A stretch of DNA of 64,000 bases from the NCBI RefSeq assembly GCF_006345805.1, contig NC_043020.1, forward strand, positions 18,228,001-18,292,000, given 5' to 3'. This stretch comes from Octopus sinensis. Taxonomy: Eukaryota. Numbering within the stretch: the stretch's first letter is position 1; the number at the start of each line of letters is the position of its first letter. The translations under genes and the position numbers were made by a program. Shown here in pieces: positions 38,346 to 53,015 of this stretch. Under the pieces are notes generated by a model. That model was not told the origin of the DNA. It saw only the letters and a list, made by a program, of their open reading frames with translations, and searched no databases.

Positions 38346-40088
38346 AAGCCTAGTGGAGATTTCATTATTTTCAGCGCAGAAAACAAACTAGTATCTATAA
38401 AATTGGAAATTTCAATGCATTATAATACAATTCATATTTAGGCGGAAATTAGAGTCAGTCATTTTCACCAACTCTGCTGGCTAGAAAAGGCATCCAGCTG
38501 TAGATGGCATGCCCAAGTAGAAACTGGAGCACAATGCAATCCTTGAACCTATCAGATCCTATCAAACCATCCAACACATGCCAGCATGGAACATCATCAC
38601 CATCATTATTTAGTGACCATTTTTCATGCTAGCATTGAGTAAGGCAGTTTGGCTGGGGCTGGTAGGCCAGAGAGCTGCACCAGGCTCCAGTCTGTTTTTG
38701 GCTTGGTTTCTACAGCTGGATGTCCATCCTAACACCAACCATTCTGCAGAGTTTTATGGCTAGATGTCCTTCCTAACACTAACCACCCAGCAGAATGGAC
38801 TGACTGCTTTTTGCATGGCACAAGCGTAACATAGAATCTGGAATGACCATCAGACTACACTTACTCTCAAGACAGTAACAGAGCTTTAGCAGAGCTGTAT
38901 GACCTTCTGGAAAGGTGTTCTTGATTATAGTTCCACCACTTCAGACTGAGGTTGAACAGTGGCTACACTTGCACACTGCTGCTAAGTATGTGAGATATAC
39001 AACTCATAACTCTATATGGATATAAGTCCACCTCATACATACACACATATAAACATTGCACAGACATCGATAAACAATAAACATCATCATCTTTATTATT
39101 TCTAATGTCCATTGCAAGCTTGCTTGGGTCAAACAAAGTTTTTTGAGGCAGATTTTCCACGACTGAATACCTTCCCTGTTGCGAACCCTCATCTGTTTCT
39201 AAGCAATAGACTTTATCTCTGACTGCACACACATACAGAATGTATCCAGAAATCCTTTGAATACAACTACAGGAGTAAATAAATTTTATTGTAAGGTAGG
39301 TGCAGGCAATGATAACATTCTTACTCAACAATGCTGTCATTCCCCATGATAACAGCTGACACTGTTAAAGCAAAATGGACAAAGAGAAGCAGTAAGAATA
39401 TGACAGTTCCCTCTGTTTCTCCCTTCTATGTATCTGCAGGTTCTGATCTCCATTGAAATTATTATGTTATCCTGTTAAGTGGTTGATATTCAAGTGGTTG
39501 ATATTCAACTCTAACAACTGTAGCAGATAACACAACCAAAGAGGAAACAGAATTGGATAGATCAAAAGCATACAAGTCCAGGGCAAGAATGATTTTGGAA
39601 AGGGACAAGGAGAGAAGCAAATGCATTGAACAAGGTTTAAATGATGAATTCAGTCAATAAACTCGGGGAAACATTGTTGCCATACACTGAAGTGATAGGG
39701 AAGTGCAAGTGTAGCCTAGTGGATTAAATGGTAGTGAAGTATTTCTTATCACTGTTGACTGCAGTGTGTATGTGTGTGTGTTATATACATATATATATTC
39801 ACATGCACACATGTGCTGGTTATGTTAAAAGCATGGGTGCTGGTGACACATAGAAAGCACCCAGTACACTCTGTAGAGTAGTTGGCATCAGAAAGGGTAT
39901 CCAGTCATAGAAACCATGCCACAACAGACAACAGTCTGGTGCAGGTCCCTGGCAAACCGTGCAAGCCATGCCAGCATGGAAAACAGACATTAAATGATAA
40001 TGATGATGTACATAAAAAACATACACACAAGTTACTCAGATACATTCAAGTATTACATGCATACATATATATGTGTGTGTGTGTGTGT

Positions 40089-40395
40089 GGAGGTGCAATG
40101 GCCCAGTGGCTAGGGCAGTGGACTCGCAGTCGGAGGATCGCGATTCCCAGACTAGGCGTTGTGTGTGTTTATTGAGCGAAAACACCTAAAAATTCCACAA
40201 GGCTCCAGCAGGGGGTGGTAGCGACCCCTGTTGTACTCTTTCGCCACAACTTTCTCTCACTCTCTCTTCCTGTTTCTCGAGTGATGCTGCGATAGACTGG
40301 CATCCCGTCCAGCTGGGGGAACACATACCCCACAGAAACCGGGAAACCAGGCCCATGAGCCTGGCTAGGCTTGAAAAGGGTGACGTTTATCGTTT
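40089..40395 (+). mobile_element. tRNA-headed SINE family D
   Basis: ggaggtgcaatggcccagtggctagggcagtggactcgc...cgattcccag; 5' two-thirds shared with 53016-53316. Confidence 0.85.
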
Positions 40396-40418
40396 TATAT
40401 ATACATATATATATAGAC

Positions 40419-40487
<69 letters not shown>

Positions 40488-42940
40488 TGTAGGAATGGTT
40501 ATATTTGCAGCCATGGCTGTATGGTTAAGAAGTTTGCTTCCAAACCACATGGTTTTGGGTTCATCATACTGTGTAGCACCTTGGGCAGGTGTCATCTGCC
40601 AAAACCTTATAACTTAAAGATTTGGTAGACAGAAACTGAGAGAAGTTCATCGTGTGTGCATGTGTGTGTGTTTACTTTGTGTTTCTCTGAAAAATCACTC
40701 AGCTACAGGCTGTCATGTTGCTGTTATTAGGAACATCTGATTTTGTGCCTTCAAAGACATGGAATAAGATTCCCTTTACTTTCAGAACAGATAGAGTTAG
40801 TGACAAGAAGAGCATATGGCTGTAAAACATTGCTACAATAAAATACATTCATCTAACCCACAACATAGAAAAATGGACATGAAAAAAATAATTTTTTTTT
40901 TTCACATATATCCTAAAAAAAAGCACCCTGTACACTCTATAAAGTGATTGGTATTAGGAAGGGTATTAAACCATAGAAACCATACATAAATAGATATAAC
41001 GCAGTCTTCTGACTCGTCAGATCCTACTAAACCACCTAGTCTATGCTAACTTGGAAGATGACTGCTAAATAATAATAACAATAATAATAATAATAATAGT
41101 TGTCATCATCATCAAAATCATCATCAGTGTAGCAATAGTCTACACAATTTTTCAGTCATGGAAATATGTGTGTGTGTGTGTGTGTATGCACGCATGTGTA
41201 CAATGCTTTTGTGTTTTTACATCTACTGGCTTGCTTACTAGTTACATATCTATTTCCTGAAAAAGGAAGAAATATACACATAAAGAAAACATTTGAAACA
41301 TAACTGAATATATACAAATAATTCTTGATTTGCTCACAAGAAGAACTAAAGAGACAGAAGAAGAAAAGAACTTGCTTCAAAATAAACACAAAATGCCTGA
41401 ATCTTATTTTGAACAGCCATGAACGTGTGCTAGTACAGTTAGTTTATTGTTTGGAAGTTCACTTGCTGGTTGGAAGATTAGGAAAGAAGGGGGAAAAAAA
41501 TGTTTTTTTTTAAATAACCTAGCAAGGGGAAGGATGGTAAATGTGTGCAATATAAGTTGCATTTAACCAGGTATTTTGTATCTTTGTCTCATAATGAATA
41601 GGACACACTGTGTAGCCATGTCTTCTGCTTGACAAAATACATAAAACATATGTAAGTATCTATGCATATATATATGTGTGTGTGTATAAGTATCTATGTG
41701 CGTGTGTTTATATATATAGATAAATATATATATATACATAAAAACGTATGTACATGTGTGTGTGTATATGTATATATATATATATATATATACTCATTCG
41801 CTGACAAAAATAGAAAAGAATATATAAAAAAAAACCTAACCTTATTTCTCTAGTATTTATCAGCACTAGTGTTATGACATTCACCTAATAGTTTCAACAA
41901 ATGAATAAAACTAAGGTTGGGTCTTGTACAATAAAAATTCCCCAGCAAGAAAGCATCTTTATGGTTTTTAGAACACCTGAAAATACTAATCAAACACACG
42001 ACACACTCCTAGGAAATCATTTTGCAAGGTGTATGTATATGACAATACTTGAAGGTGCTTGTTCTACATATGACATTTAGGGCAACAGGTTTTGTTGTTG
42101 TTGTTGTTGTTTTGCTCAAAGTCAGACACAACCTGATCAAAAAACCTATGAACAAAGGCTAGATATATCACAGCTTTTAAAAAAAAAAAATTTTTTTTTT
42201 TAATGGCTGGGTTCCAACTTGGGCTGCAGGAGCAAAGTCCACCTACCACACTTCTCCGTCCAACATCATTGCCTCGAATGGCAGTGAAACAAAGAATTGT
42301 CAAACAGGCTAGATGGCTGCTACAAATGGCCCTAAATGCAACCAAAGCTTTGTGAGTGGATTTGGTAAATGGAAACTGAAAGTAGCCTGTCGTATACGTG
42401 TGTGTCGTTGTGTATGTGCTTGTCCTCTCCTACTACTCAACAACTGGCACTGGTGTGTTTATGTCCCCGCAACTTAGCAGTTTGGCAGAGACCGATAAAA
42501 TAAGTACAAGGGTTTTCAAAAAAATAAGCACTGAGGTCAACTCATTCAACTAAAATTCTTCAAGGTAGTAGTGCCCCAGCATGGCCACACAGTTTAATGA
42601 CTGAAACAAGTAAAAGATAAAAGAAAGAAGATGCCTGGTCTACATAGATTCTCTCAATGGACAACAAGGCAGTGTTGTTTAACACCAAATCAGCCCTGAT
42701 CAAAGACATTCCAGCAATGGCCATCTTGTATAGATAGTATTACATTGTCCAGAATGACTTTCTGTTTTCAAGATTGTAGAGTAATGATTTAAGGAAATTT
42801 TGGTATCTATTTTTAGAATATTAATTGACCACAGAAACTCTTTTGGTAGATGACAACAGGTTAAATGCAGAAGTATTTTGTGTTGTTTTTTTGGGTTTTT
42901 TTTGTTTCATGGAGAACTTATAGATTTATTTCATGGAGTT

Positions 42941-43664
42941 CAATGGTTCTCATCCATTTTTCACCTATGGACTCCTTTGATTATAATTTTATTCTGGTGG
43001 ACCTCCATATTCATTCAATGTTTAACACTCTAGCTTTCATATTACTCTAACGAATGTAATACTTCTTTATTCACATTGTTTTGAACTAATCATGCATTAT
43101 CTCATAGTTTGGAGATTTTGATATGATTGCTTGATTTTACAAAGACATTGTAGGGAAGGCGAGAGAGGCTGGATTTGGCCAGTTTGAACATAAAAAAACA
43201 TAGAATGTTTTGGCTGGATATGGCCAGAGCTCTCTGAGAGAACATGTTTCAGTGGTCAGAAACGCATTAAACTATGTAAAGCATTAGAGAAAGAAATAGC
43301 TGTCTCTTGCAATAAATATAACTAAAGAAAAAAACTTTTCATGTACCCATTAACCCATTAGCATTTAAGCAGGTCATATCCAGCCAAATTACTCATGTTT
43401 TACGCTCAACTGGCCAGATCTGATCTCTCCTGTCTACCCTATAATGTCATTCTAAAAATATTCACATTAAAATCTCAAAGCTACTAGATAATGCTTGATT
43501 AATTCAATATGAATTGATAAGTATTACATTTGACAGAAAGAATAATCTGAATATTAAAGGGTTAAATACTACTGCGGATCCCAAATTTACTACTGTTTGC
43601 ATGGGTCCCCCAAAATGCTATGTGGATCCCCAGAGATCATATGGACCCTGGTTGAGTACCAGTG
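42941..43664 (-). mobile_element. hAT-type MITE containing two family-E piggyBac-type MITEs
   Basis: TIRs caatggttctcatcc / ggttgagtaccagtg; 8-bp TSD atggagtt / atgtagtt; E copies at ~43050-43230 (-) and ~43350-43565 (+). Confidence 0.75.
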
Positions 43665-44595
43665 ATGTAGTTAATGATTTTGCACTCAACCACTGCCTGA
43701 CAACTGGTGTTGGTATTTACATCCCCATAACTTAGCAGTTCGGCAAAAGAGATGAATAGAATAAGTACCAGGCTTAAAAAGAAAATAAGTACTGGGATCG
43801 ATTAGTTCAACTAAAATTCCACAAGGTGGTGCCCAAGCATGGCCACAGTCTAATGACTGAAACAAGATAAAAGATAAGATTCCCATAAACTTATTTTAAC
43901 CCTTTAGTATTCAAATAACTCAGTAAAATGTAGGGATTATTCATTCCGTTTTGAATTAACCATGCACTGCCTTGCAGCTTCAAGGTTTTGATGACATGTT
44001 TGTATATTTTTAGAATGACATTGTAGGGTTGGTGTGAGAGGCTGGATCAGGTCAGTTTGAACATAAAACAGATAGAGTCATATATATGGCTGGCTTAAAT
44101 GCTAAAGGAATCAATGGAGAAAAACACAGAATCAAAGCTGAAATCTTACATAAAAATACAGAATAACTAAACAAAAACTAACTTTGACAATGTATTTTTT
44201 TCTTTTGTTTAATGTATCTCAGGTGCATTTTTACTGGACTCGCGTAAACTTGGATGTCTTGAATGAAGAGACAACTAGTAAATAAAATGGAATGACAGTT
44301 GTATGAACCAGTTTGTCCAAATTAAGACTAGCAATGGGTGTGGACAGGGACAATAACGATGTTTGCAGATACTTCAAATATGAGTTAGTATTATGACAGT
44401 TGCCATGTATCTGGCTTTTTACCCTGTAGACAAGCCACTCCCAGGATCAGTCCACACTATGTGCTCAGTAAACCACTGTGTGTTTCTTGTAAAGATACTT
44501 AAGTCTCAATGGCCAGTTCTATCACAGTGAGGAGGTTGTGTTCACCACCAGAGGCTATAAACAGCTATGGTATATCTTAACTGACAAGCATTCTA

Positions 44596-44824
44596 TTAAC
44601 CCTTTCGTTACTGTATTTCTGTTGAGATGTTCTGTGTTTCTTTCAATTACTTTAAATATAACAAAGAATTTAGTAAAATAACTTAGTTATCATTCAGCTA
44701 GTGTTAGGAACATAAATTGGGACTAAAGTTTGGTGGAAGATTTTAATTAAAACCTTAAGAAAACAAGACATTTGTACAACAGAGCCAGAGCCAGTTTCAG
44801 CCGGGTTGGTAACAAAAGGGTTAA
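44596..44824 (+). mobile_element. piggyBac-type MITE family F
   Basis: TTAA|CCCTTTCGTTAC ... GTAACAAAAGGG|TTAA. Confidence 0.9.
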
Positions 44825-44829
44825 GTAGA

Positions 44830-45010
44830 GCAAATACAAATAACAAAAAATAACAGAAGTCCAAGAGATATTTACAGTTAATACCATTGGGTCAACGCTC
44901 AAAGGAAAATAGTTATAGAGTAAAAATTTAACATTTCAGGCAGGTCCTTCATCGGCCTTCATACAATACGAGAGGAAAGTCCAAGAGAGATTTGAAAGAG
45001 AAGGAAAGGA
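44830..45010 (-). other. Degenerate hammerhead-like core with T-rich tail (candidate Penelope-like terminus)
   Basis: Minus strand: CCGATGA-AGG-acctg-CCT-GAAA-TGTT (44955-44930). Confidence 0.4.
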
Positions 45011-45856
45011 GATAAAAAGGAAGAGAACCAGGTAAAAAAATGCACTTGGATTAGGTTCACATGCTCAACCTCTTGACTAATTGGAAGTATGGGGAGTAAT
45101 CAAATTTTGTCATAAGCAAAACCTGTGGTTATGAATGTCCTTTCTATTAGAAAATACAAAAATTTGGATAAAGGGAAACTACATTGCCTACTATACAAAA
45201 AAGCTATTTGTGGTAAAGAAATGATACAAGACCACTCTTAATTAGGTTTAAGAAAGTCTCCTTCCAACCCAAATGTAACCTTCGTAGCCCAACGTATTGC
45301 ACACGAAAATAACTGAAACAGTGAGTGAGGGACAGGGAAATACAAGCAGCAAAGATTTGTGAACTGAGCTATGTTCAGTAGTTTAATTTACAATACAGAT
45401 ATGTGTAAGTGGGATGACATTGTAACTGGGCAACAAAAATCTTGACCAATGATTGTTTGCAAGAGAAATCTATTCACCAATATGGGTAAGCAGTGTGTGT
45501 GTACACACACACACACACTAGAAGAAAAATCACCAGGTTGTATTGGTGAGTTTCCACATAATAACTATATCAACATAGATCGAAGGATCAGCAAGCAAGT
45601 ATAACATTTGTTGGTAGCAAAGAAAAGTATTCATTACAATAATTCGACAACAGTGAAAATTAAATACATAAAAGCTGTGTTTGTGTGTATATATATATAT
45701 ATATAGTTGGAATTTACAAAAGAAAACACACACACAAAAGACGAAGACGTGTGCAAACAACAAACAGATGTATTGGTTTTCCCTGAACAATGAATGAATG
45801 AATGAGTGAAGGAATGTGTGTGTGTGTGTATGTGCACACGCACACACACACATATA

Positions 45857-45945
<89 letters not shown>

Positions 45946-46096
45946 ACAGAATAGTGCATTATATATTGAAGTGGAGGCAACAGGTTAGCCTTGCATACAT
46001 AGTAGTACACTTCAAACCTGTTCCCAAAAGTGATTGGCAAAACAAGGGCCTACTCACTCAATATAAAATGAGTGGTGCAATTTTTCACTCTCTCTG

Positions 46097-46127
<31 letters not shown>

Positions 46128-46129
<2 letters not shown>

Positions 46130-46873
46130 GCACAGGTGTGGCCATGTGGAAGGAAGCTTGCTTCCCAACCATATAATTCCAGGTTCAGTCCCACTGCATG
46201 TCACCTTGGGCAAGTGTCTTCTATTATAGACTCAGGCTGACCAAGTGGATTTGGTAGACGGAAACTGAAAGAAGCCCCACATATATATCTCAAAGAGCGA
46301 CATTCAGTAACAATTCTTTAAAGTAAAAGCTGACTGCCAACATAATATGGCTGTCCTGGAACAGACATTGTTACTGTTCATCAGCCCCAAGAAACATCGT
46401 TTCTAGCTGGCTATACAACACACTATCTGTGTCCTTATATTTTCGAACAGGGAATTCAGCATTTCCACCTAGCATGGGGATGCTGAATTCCCTGTTTGAA
46501 AATATAAGGACACTGTGTTGTATAGCCAGCTAGAAATGATGTTTCTTGGGGCTAATGAACAGTAACAATGTCCGTTCCAGGACAACCATATTATGTTGGC
46601 AATTAGCTTCTACCTTATATATATATGTATTTGTGTATATATTTATGTGTTTGTCTTTGTGCCTGTGTTTATCTCCCCATCACCACTTGACAACCAGTGC
46701 TGGTGTAGTTAGGTTCCCATAACTTAGTGATTCGTCAAAAGGGTATGATAGAATAAGTATTAGACTTCAGAAATAAATCCTGGGGCTGATTTGTTCGACT
46801 AAAAAAACCCTTCAAGGCAGTGCGCCAGCATGGCTGCAGTCAAATGACTGAAACAAGTAAAAGAATAAAAGAA
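46128..46873 (+). mobile_element. SINE family A with a palindromic insert in its internal (TA)n
   Basis: Head 46128-46280 and tail 46620-46873 flank the insert. Confidence 0.85.
46289..46617. mobile_element. Tail-plus-palindrome element in (TA)n (arms ~46319-46467 and ~46475-46617)
   Basis: ~145-bp arms with scattered transitions and one short indel; ~30-bp unduplicated tail on the left. Confidence 0.85.
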
Positions 46874-49800
46874 TACACACACAGACACATATACAACAGG
46901 CTTCTTTCAGTTTCAGTTTACCAAATCCACTCACAAGGCTTTGGTTGATCTGGAGCTAAAATAGAAGACACTTGCCCAAGGTGTCACGCAGTGGAACCGA
47001 ACTCAAGACCATGTGGTTGGGAAGCAATAAATCTTCTAATTTCCTACCAAGTCCAGAAATAAAATTCTGTCATGAATAAAATTTCAAATCACAATAGAGG
47101 CCTACATTCAACTGTTATATAACAAATAATAGATTAACTAGGGATGGCAGAACTGACAGACTTAAGATTAATGGAGACTCCTTAAAGGTCATCTGGTTTA
47201 AATCTTTACATAGTATACTGTGTTTTTGCCTCTGGGGAAGTTATACTACCCTACTCAGTCAACCTAAACAAGTACTATTCATCATTTCACAGTTCAATGA
47301 ACTGTATTAGGAAAAGCATTCAAACATAAAACACCTGTCTCCAACAAGTTGGATTCATGTCCTTACTTTTACAACCATCAGTCAAGAGCAGAAACACTCT
47401 TAACCCTTCCACTAACACACACACACAAAAAAAAATGAAAAAAATCATGGTCATATGACTAGTAATTACATGATCCTGGGTTCAATACTTATACAGCACA
47501 GGATGGGCCAAGGTTCTATCAATGAAATTTGTGAGACAGAATTTAGAATAAAAGTCAGTGTGTGTGTATCTTTCATCTTTTGCTTATGACATTCATTAGA
47601 CTGTGGCCATACTGGGGCACCACCTTAGAGAATTTTTAGTGGAACGAATCGACCCTAGTACTTATTTTTTTTTTAAGCCAGGCACTTATTCAATCAATCG
47701 ATTTTGCTGAAATGCTAATTTACAGGCACGTAAATACACCAATACTGGTTGTTAAGTGGTGGTGGTGGTGGTGGACAAACACAGGCACACACACACATAT
47801 TCATTTTGTGTCAATTTTTTCATGTGCACATAGGTTAGAAAACTTATTATCAAGGCATTATTTTACATTCAGATACTGTTCCACTTGGTAACACGTCCCC
47901 ATTTTGCAAGTAAGGGGTCTCTTATTTCACACATCTTCAAAGACACAAAGCAAGTTCTCAATTTGTTGACAGAACGAACAATACCACCAGGTATAACATT
48001 TGTGCCCCAGAAAAGTTAGAACACAAATGCAAATAAGCACAGATACGCACACACACACACATATTGGTATATGTGTGTGTGTGTGTGATGTACTTCTTTC
48101 AGTTTCCATCTACCATATTCATTCACAAGGCTTTGGTTAGTCCGGGGCTATAAGACACCACACAGTGACACCGAACCCCAAAACCATGTGGTTGAGATGC
48201 AAACTTCTTAACCACACAACCATGTCTGCACCAATCTATGACTTTCAGGGGTTTTGACATCCTGTGCTTTGAAGGAGGCATCTCCACTGTGCAAAACTGC
48301 AGCCTACTGGTGAACAAGCAAAGTACATACATTGAGTATATGTGGTCAATACACACACACACACATTGGCAAGAACACTGATAAACAAGTGCAATCAAAG
48401 AAAAATACCTTGTGGTATTGTTCAAGGCTGTTAGTAATACATTTAAAGCAATTCGACTTGGAAACTGAAATCAGGTTACAGACTCAGATCACCAGGAGTT
48501 ACTACAGCCACCACTACCACCACTGTAGCAACAACATGTACTTATCAATACTTTATCAATGACACTACTTATATCAAACAGTATCAGATTTATTTTGTGT
48601 GTTCTACTGTGTTTACTAATGACAAAGTTGCGTGACTTAGTTTTCAAATCCGAGTGTAAGCCCTTCCACAGGTAAAGCTTGGCAATGAAAAGGTTTGAGC
48701 TTGCTGAATTTCCCTAGCTCTTTAGTGTTTAAACTGGCCATATCTGGCCAAAATATTGTACCTGTTTTATGTTCAGACTAGTCAGATATGGTCATTCATA
48801 GCTACCTTATTGTGTCGTTTTAAAAATAAGCAATCACATCACTGAAATCTCAAAGCCATGAAATGATGCAGGATTAATTTTACATGGTGTGAATACATAA
48901 GCTTTACATTTGACAGAATAATCTGAATGCTAAAGGGCTAGATATACCAACCACATGAAAACAAAACCTACAATGGACTCATTTTGTTTCAAAGCAACAT
49001 TTTAACTGGGTATATAGTGTCTGCGCTAACACCAATAACTAATGTTTTCCATTCACACAAAGCCAGATATTCGTAAGGGGTGTACATATTTAGTTGTTAA
49101 ACCCTTTAAGCATTTAAACTGACCACATCTGGCACAAATATTTTGCCTATTTTATGTTCAAACTGACCAGATCTGGCCTCTCACACCTACTCTACAAATG
49201 TCATTCTAAAAATAAAAGCTCACGTCATTGAAATCTCGAAGCTATGAGATAATACATGATTAATTCAAAAAGTAATGTGAATAAACAAGCATTACATTTG
49301 ACTGAGTAATCTGAATACTAAAGGATTAAATGAGGCTAGAAATTATTCTATCAAAAGATGAGGTTGGGTGGACTGGGTCCCCAATGAGATCTGAACTCGG
49401 TAGAGAAGTAGCAACTGAAGTGCAAGGCATTCAATTCCTCAACCTCACCACCATCATCATCAACATCCATTCTTCCAGAGGTTGGATGAAGCTTGATTGG
49501 TGCTTGTCCCGTCACCAACCCTCACCTGTTTCCAAGTAAGGTATTATCACTCTATGGCAAGATATGTTTTCATGGAACAATGGAAATAAAGAACAGTGTT
49601 GTATGACACTGGGATTCATTTACAGCTACCATTTGATGTCAAGATAAGGAGACACCAAATGATATTTTGTTTCGGTCATCTGACTGTGGCCAAGAGCTTT
49701 TTTTTTTTAAAGCTTAGTACTTATTTTATTGGTCTCTTTTGCTGAACTGCTAAGTTACAGGGACCATAAATACACCAACATTGGTGTTGTCCAACAGTAG

Positions 49801-52378
49801 TGGTGGACAAACACAGACACACATACACATAGCTAAATGAGTGGATTTGGTAGACGGAAACTACTGAAAGAGGCCAGTCAAATAAGTATGTGCATGTGTG
49901 TGTGTGTGTGTCTGTGTCTGTTTGTTTGTTCCTTACCAGTGCTTGACAATTCATGTTGGTATATTTACGTCCCCATAACATAGCAGTTTGGCAAAAGAGA
50001 TTGATAGAATAAGTATCAGGCTTTACAAAAAATAGTAAGTACTGGAGTAGATTCGTTTGACTAAATTTCTTTCAAGGTGGTGCTCCAGCATGACTTGCAG
50101 TCTGATGACTGAAACAAGTAAAAGATAATATTACACTGTTTACTAGGAGTTACTAATGAAATGTGTGACATTTCAACAGAAAATTAAACAACAAAAAAAG
50201 AAAAGGAGGGAGAACAAAGCCTATGAAAACAGTGTCACAGGGTGCAGACCAGAAGTCCTTGTCATATTTGGTGAAACTGGGTGTGGGGCATAGAGACTAT
50301 TTACACCCTAATTGAGGAGACTTTCTACTGGGAAAAACTGTGGTGGAGAAAAGATAGATACTGGTCATAGGAATGTAGATAGAGTAGGTCACAACAGTGA
50401 GAGCAATGGTGAGGATGGTTGTTAGGAGAAAAGGATGGCAATGGTGAGGATGGTTGTTGGGAGAAAAGGATGGCAATGGTGATAATAAATATAGTAGAGT
50501 GATGGAGATGTGGATGGAAGCTGAGGAGGAGGAGGAAGAATGTTGGTAATTGTGACAATGTCAAGGTGATGTTGTCTATAAGGGGAAAAAATAGTAAACT
50601 GTTGTAAATGAAGATTATGCTGATGAGACAGAGATATCTGTGACCATAATGTAATTGTTTATCAAAGGGATGTGAGATTTAAGATTCTCTACTCATGATA
50701 AGTCTTTTATTGTTTAAGTGTTTCAGCCGGTAGGACTGTGGCCATGCTGAGCAATATCTTGAAGGGTTTTAGTCAAACAAATTGACCTCAATACTTTTTT
50801 TAAACCTGGTAATTATACTATATGCTGAACCACCAAGTTACAGGGATGTAAACAAACCAACATTGGTTGTCAAGTGGTATTGTGGGACAAATACAAACAT
50901 ACACACAAACAAGCTTCTTTCAGTTTCTGTATACCAAATCCACTCAAAAGGCTTTGGTTAACCCAGGGCTATAATAGAAGATCAAGGACCAAGGTACCAC
51001 ACAGTGGGACTGAACCTGGAACTCAGTGATTGGTAAGGAAACTTCTTACCACAAAGCCATGCCTGCAACTGCTTTCTATATTCAGGCCTTGCACTTTTAT
51101 TCCTTTACAGCTTGAGACATAAGACTGGCCAGGCTACAGCACAACATTAAAGAGCTTTTAATCAATTGAAATGACTCCACTTTGTTAATTTAGTTGACGT
51201 TTAATTTTGTCAGGTGATAGTTTATCAACCTCAGAGAAACAAGAAGCAATTTTTAATTGACAGAAAGTTACAAAATGATTCAAGGGCTGAGGACTTTGTG
51301 CCTTATACAGAATGAAACACAATTCCTCACAGAGAATTTGATTAAAGATTTTGCAATTCATTTCTCTGACCTCTGCAGAATATTAAGCAAAGTCAGCCTC
51401 AGCAGAATTTCAATTCAAAATTTCACCAAATACAAGGTTTCCTGTCCGACATTTTAACAACTTTCTTCTCAAATACATGTAGCATATCTAAAACTAGATT
51501 ATCCAACATGCTCTTCATTTTTTTCTTTTTTTTTTTAAGAATGGTAAGGTGGGGCTTTCAGACATTTATGGTAATTCTAGTAGACCAAATAACCACCAAA
51601 AAAGCATTCTTATGACAATGACGGTAACTATAATGATAGCAATATAACAACATTATGTAATGTTGGGCAACATGCAGGCTCATTTATACATTTTGTATAT
51701 ACATGTGTGTGTATTCATTTCTTTATGCATCTGTTATTTATTATGATTCTTCTATAGAAGTGAAGCTGTATCCCTTGAATTTCTGCTTTTCTATAAACAA
51801 ACTGAGAAAATATCTTGCAGAACACTCATTATTTTAATGAGATACATCTTGTAATCATCTGAAGAGACACATCTCCACCAACAGATGCTCCTAAACCAGT
51901 TGTTAAGTATCCCACCCATGAGGGATCAATGCTAAATGGGTCAAAACAGTTGTAATGATTAATAAACATTCTGGTATCTTCCATCTTGTCTCTCTCATTA
52001 ATCAGATAAATATATGTAAGCACAAGCTTCCCAACCACATGGTTTTGGGTTCAGTCCTAATGCTTGGTACCTTGGGCTAGTCTTCAGCTATAATCCCATG
52101 CCAACCACAGCTTTGCGAGCAGACTTAGTAGACAAAATCTGAAAGAATCCCATCATATATGCATGTGTTTATTTATCTGTGCATCTTCATATTTGTGTTT
52201 AGCCCTCATCACAACTCGACAACCCAGTGTTGTTTTGTTTACATCCCTATAACTTAGCAGTTTATCGAAAAGAGACTGACGGAATAAGCACCATGCTTAT
52301 TCTATGTACATATATCACTGGGACTGAACCTGGACCCATGTAGTGAGGAAGCAAACATCTTGCCACACAGCCACATCT

Positions 52379-52772
52379 CTTTACTCTCTTTTACTTGTTT
52401 CAGTCATTTGACTGTGGCCATGCTGGAGCACCGCCTTTAGTCGAGCAAATCGACCCCGGACTTATTCTTTGTAAGCCCAGTACTTATTCTATCAGCCTTT
52501 TTTGCCAAAGCGCTAAGTGATGGGGACGTAAACACACCAGCATCGGTTGCCAAGCAATGCTAGGGGGACAAACACAAACACACACACACACACATATATA
52601 TATATACATATATACGACAGGCTTCTCTCAGTTTCCGTCTACCAAATCCACTCACAAGGCATTGGTTGGCCCAGGGCTATAGCAGAAGACACTTGCCCAA
52701 GATGCCACACAGTGGGACTAAACCCGGAACCATGTGGTTGGGAAGCAAGTTAATTACCACACAGCCACATCT
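52379..52772 (-). mobile_element. SINE family A, young copy inserted into an older family-A head
   Basis: Closely similar to 11872-12284; the 16-mer ccacacagccacatct occurs at both ends. Confidence 0.85.
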
Positions 52773-53015
52773 GCAGCTATTATCCACATTGTTTAAATGT
52801 ATCAAAAACTTAGAGGTCAGTGTTAGTGCTGTTGGTGCTATCTTTCATTAGAAACAGATTGCTGATAAAAGCATTCCTGCTATGACCATTCCATCTTTTC
52901 CTCATGCATAAGTGTGTCTGGGGCTAGTTTATTTAATAAATCGTTTCATTTTTTTAACGCACAGAGTGTGATTTTATAGAGATTTGGTTGCTATTCCATA
53001 TATATATATATATAT

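Noticed and set aside
46350-46410. Type-II hammerhead in the palindrome arm (minus strand: gaaacgatgtttcttggggctgatgaacag)
   Set aside because: Helix II cannot close and helix I would be only 2 bp; the other arm has lost the core.
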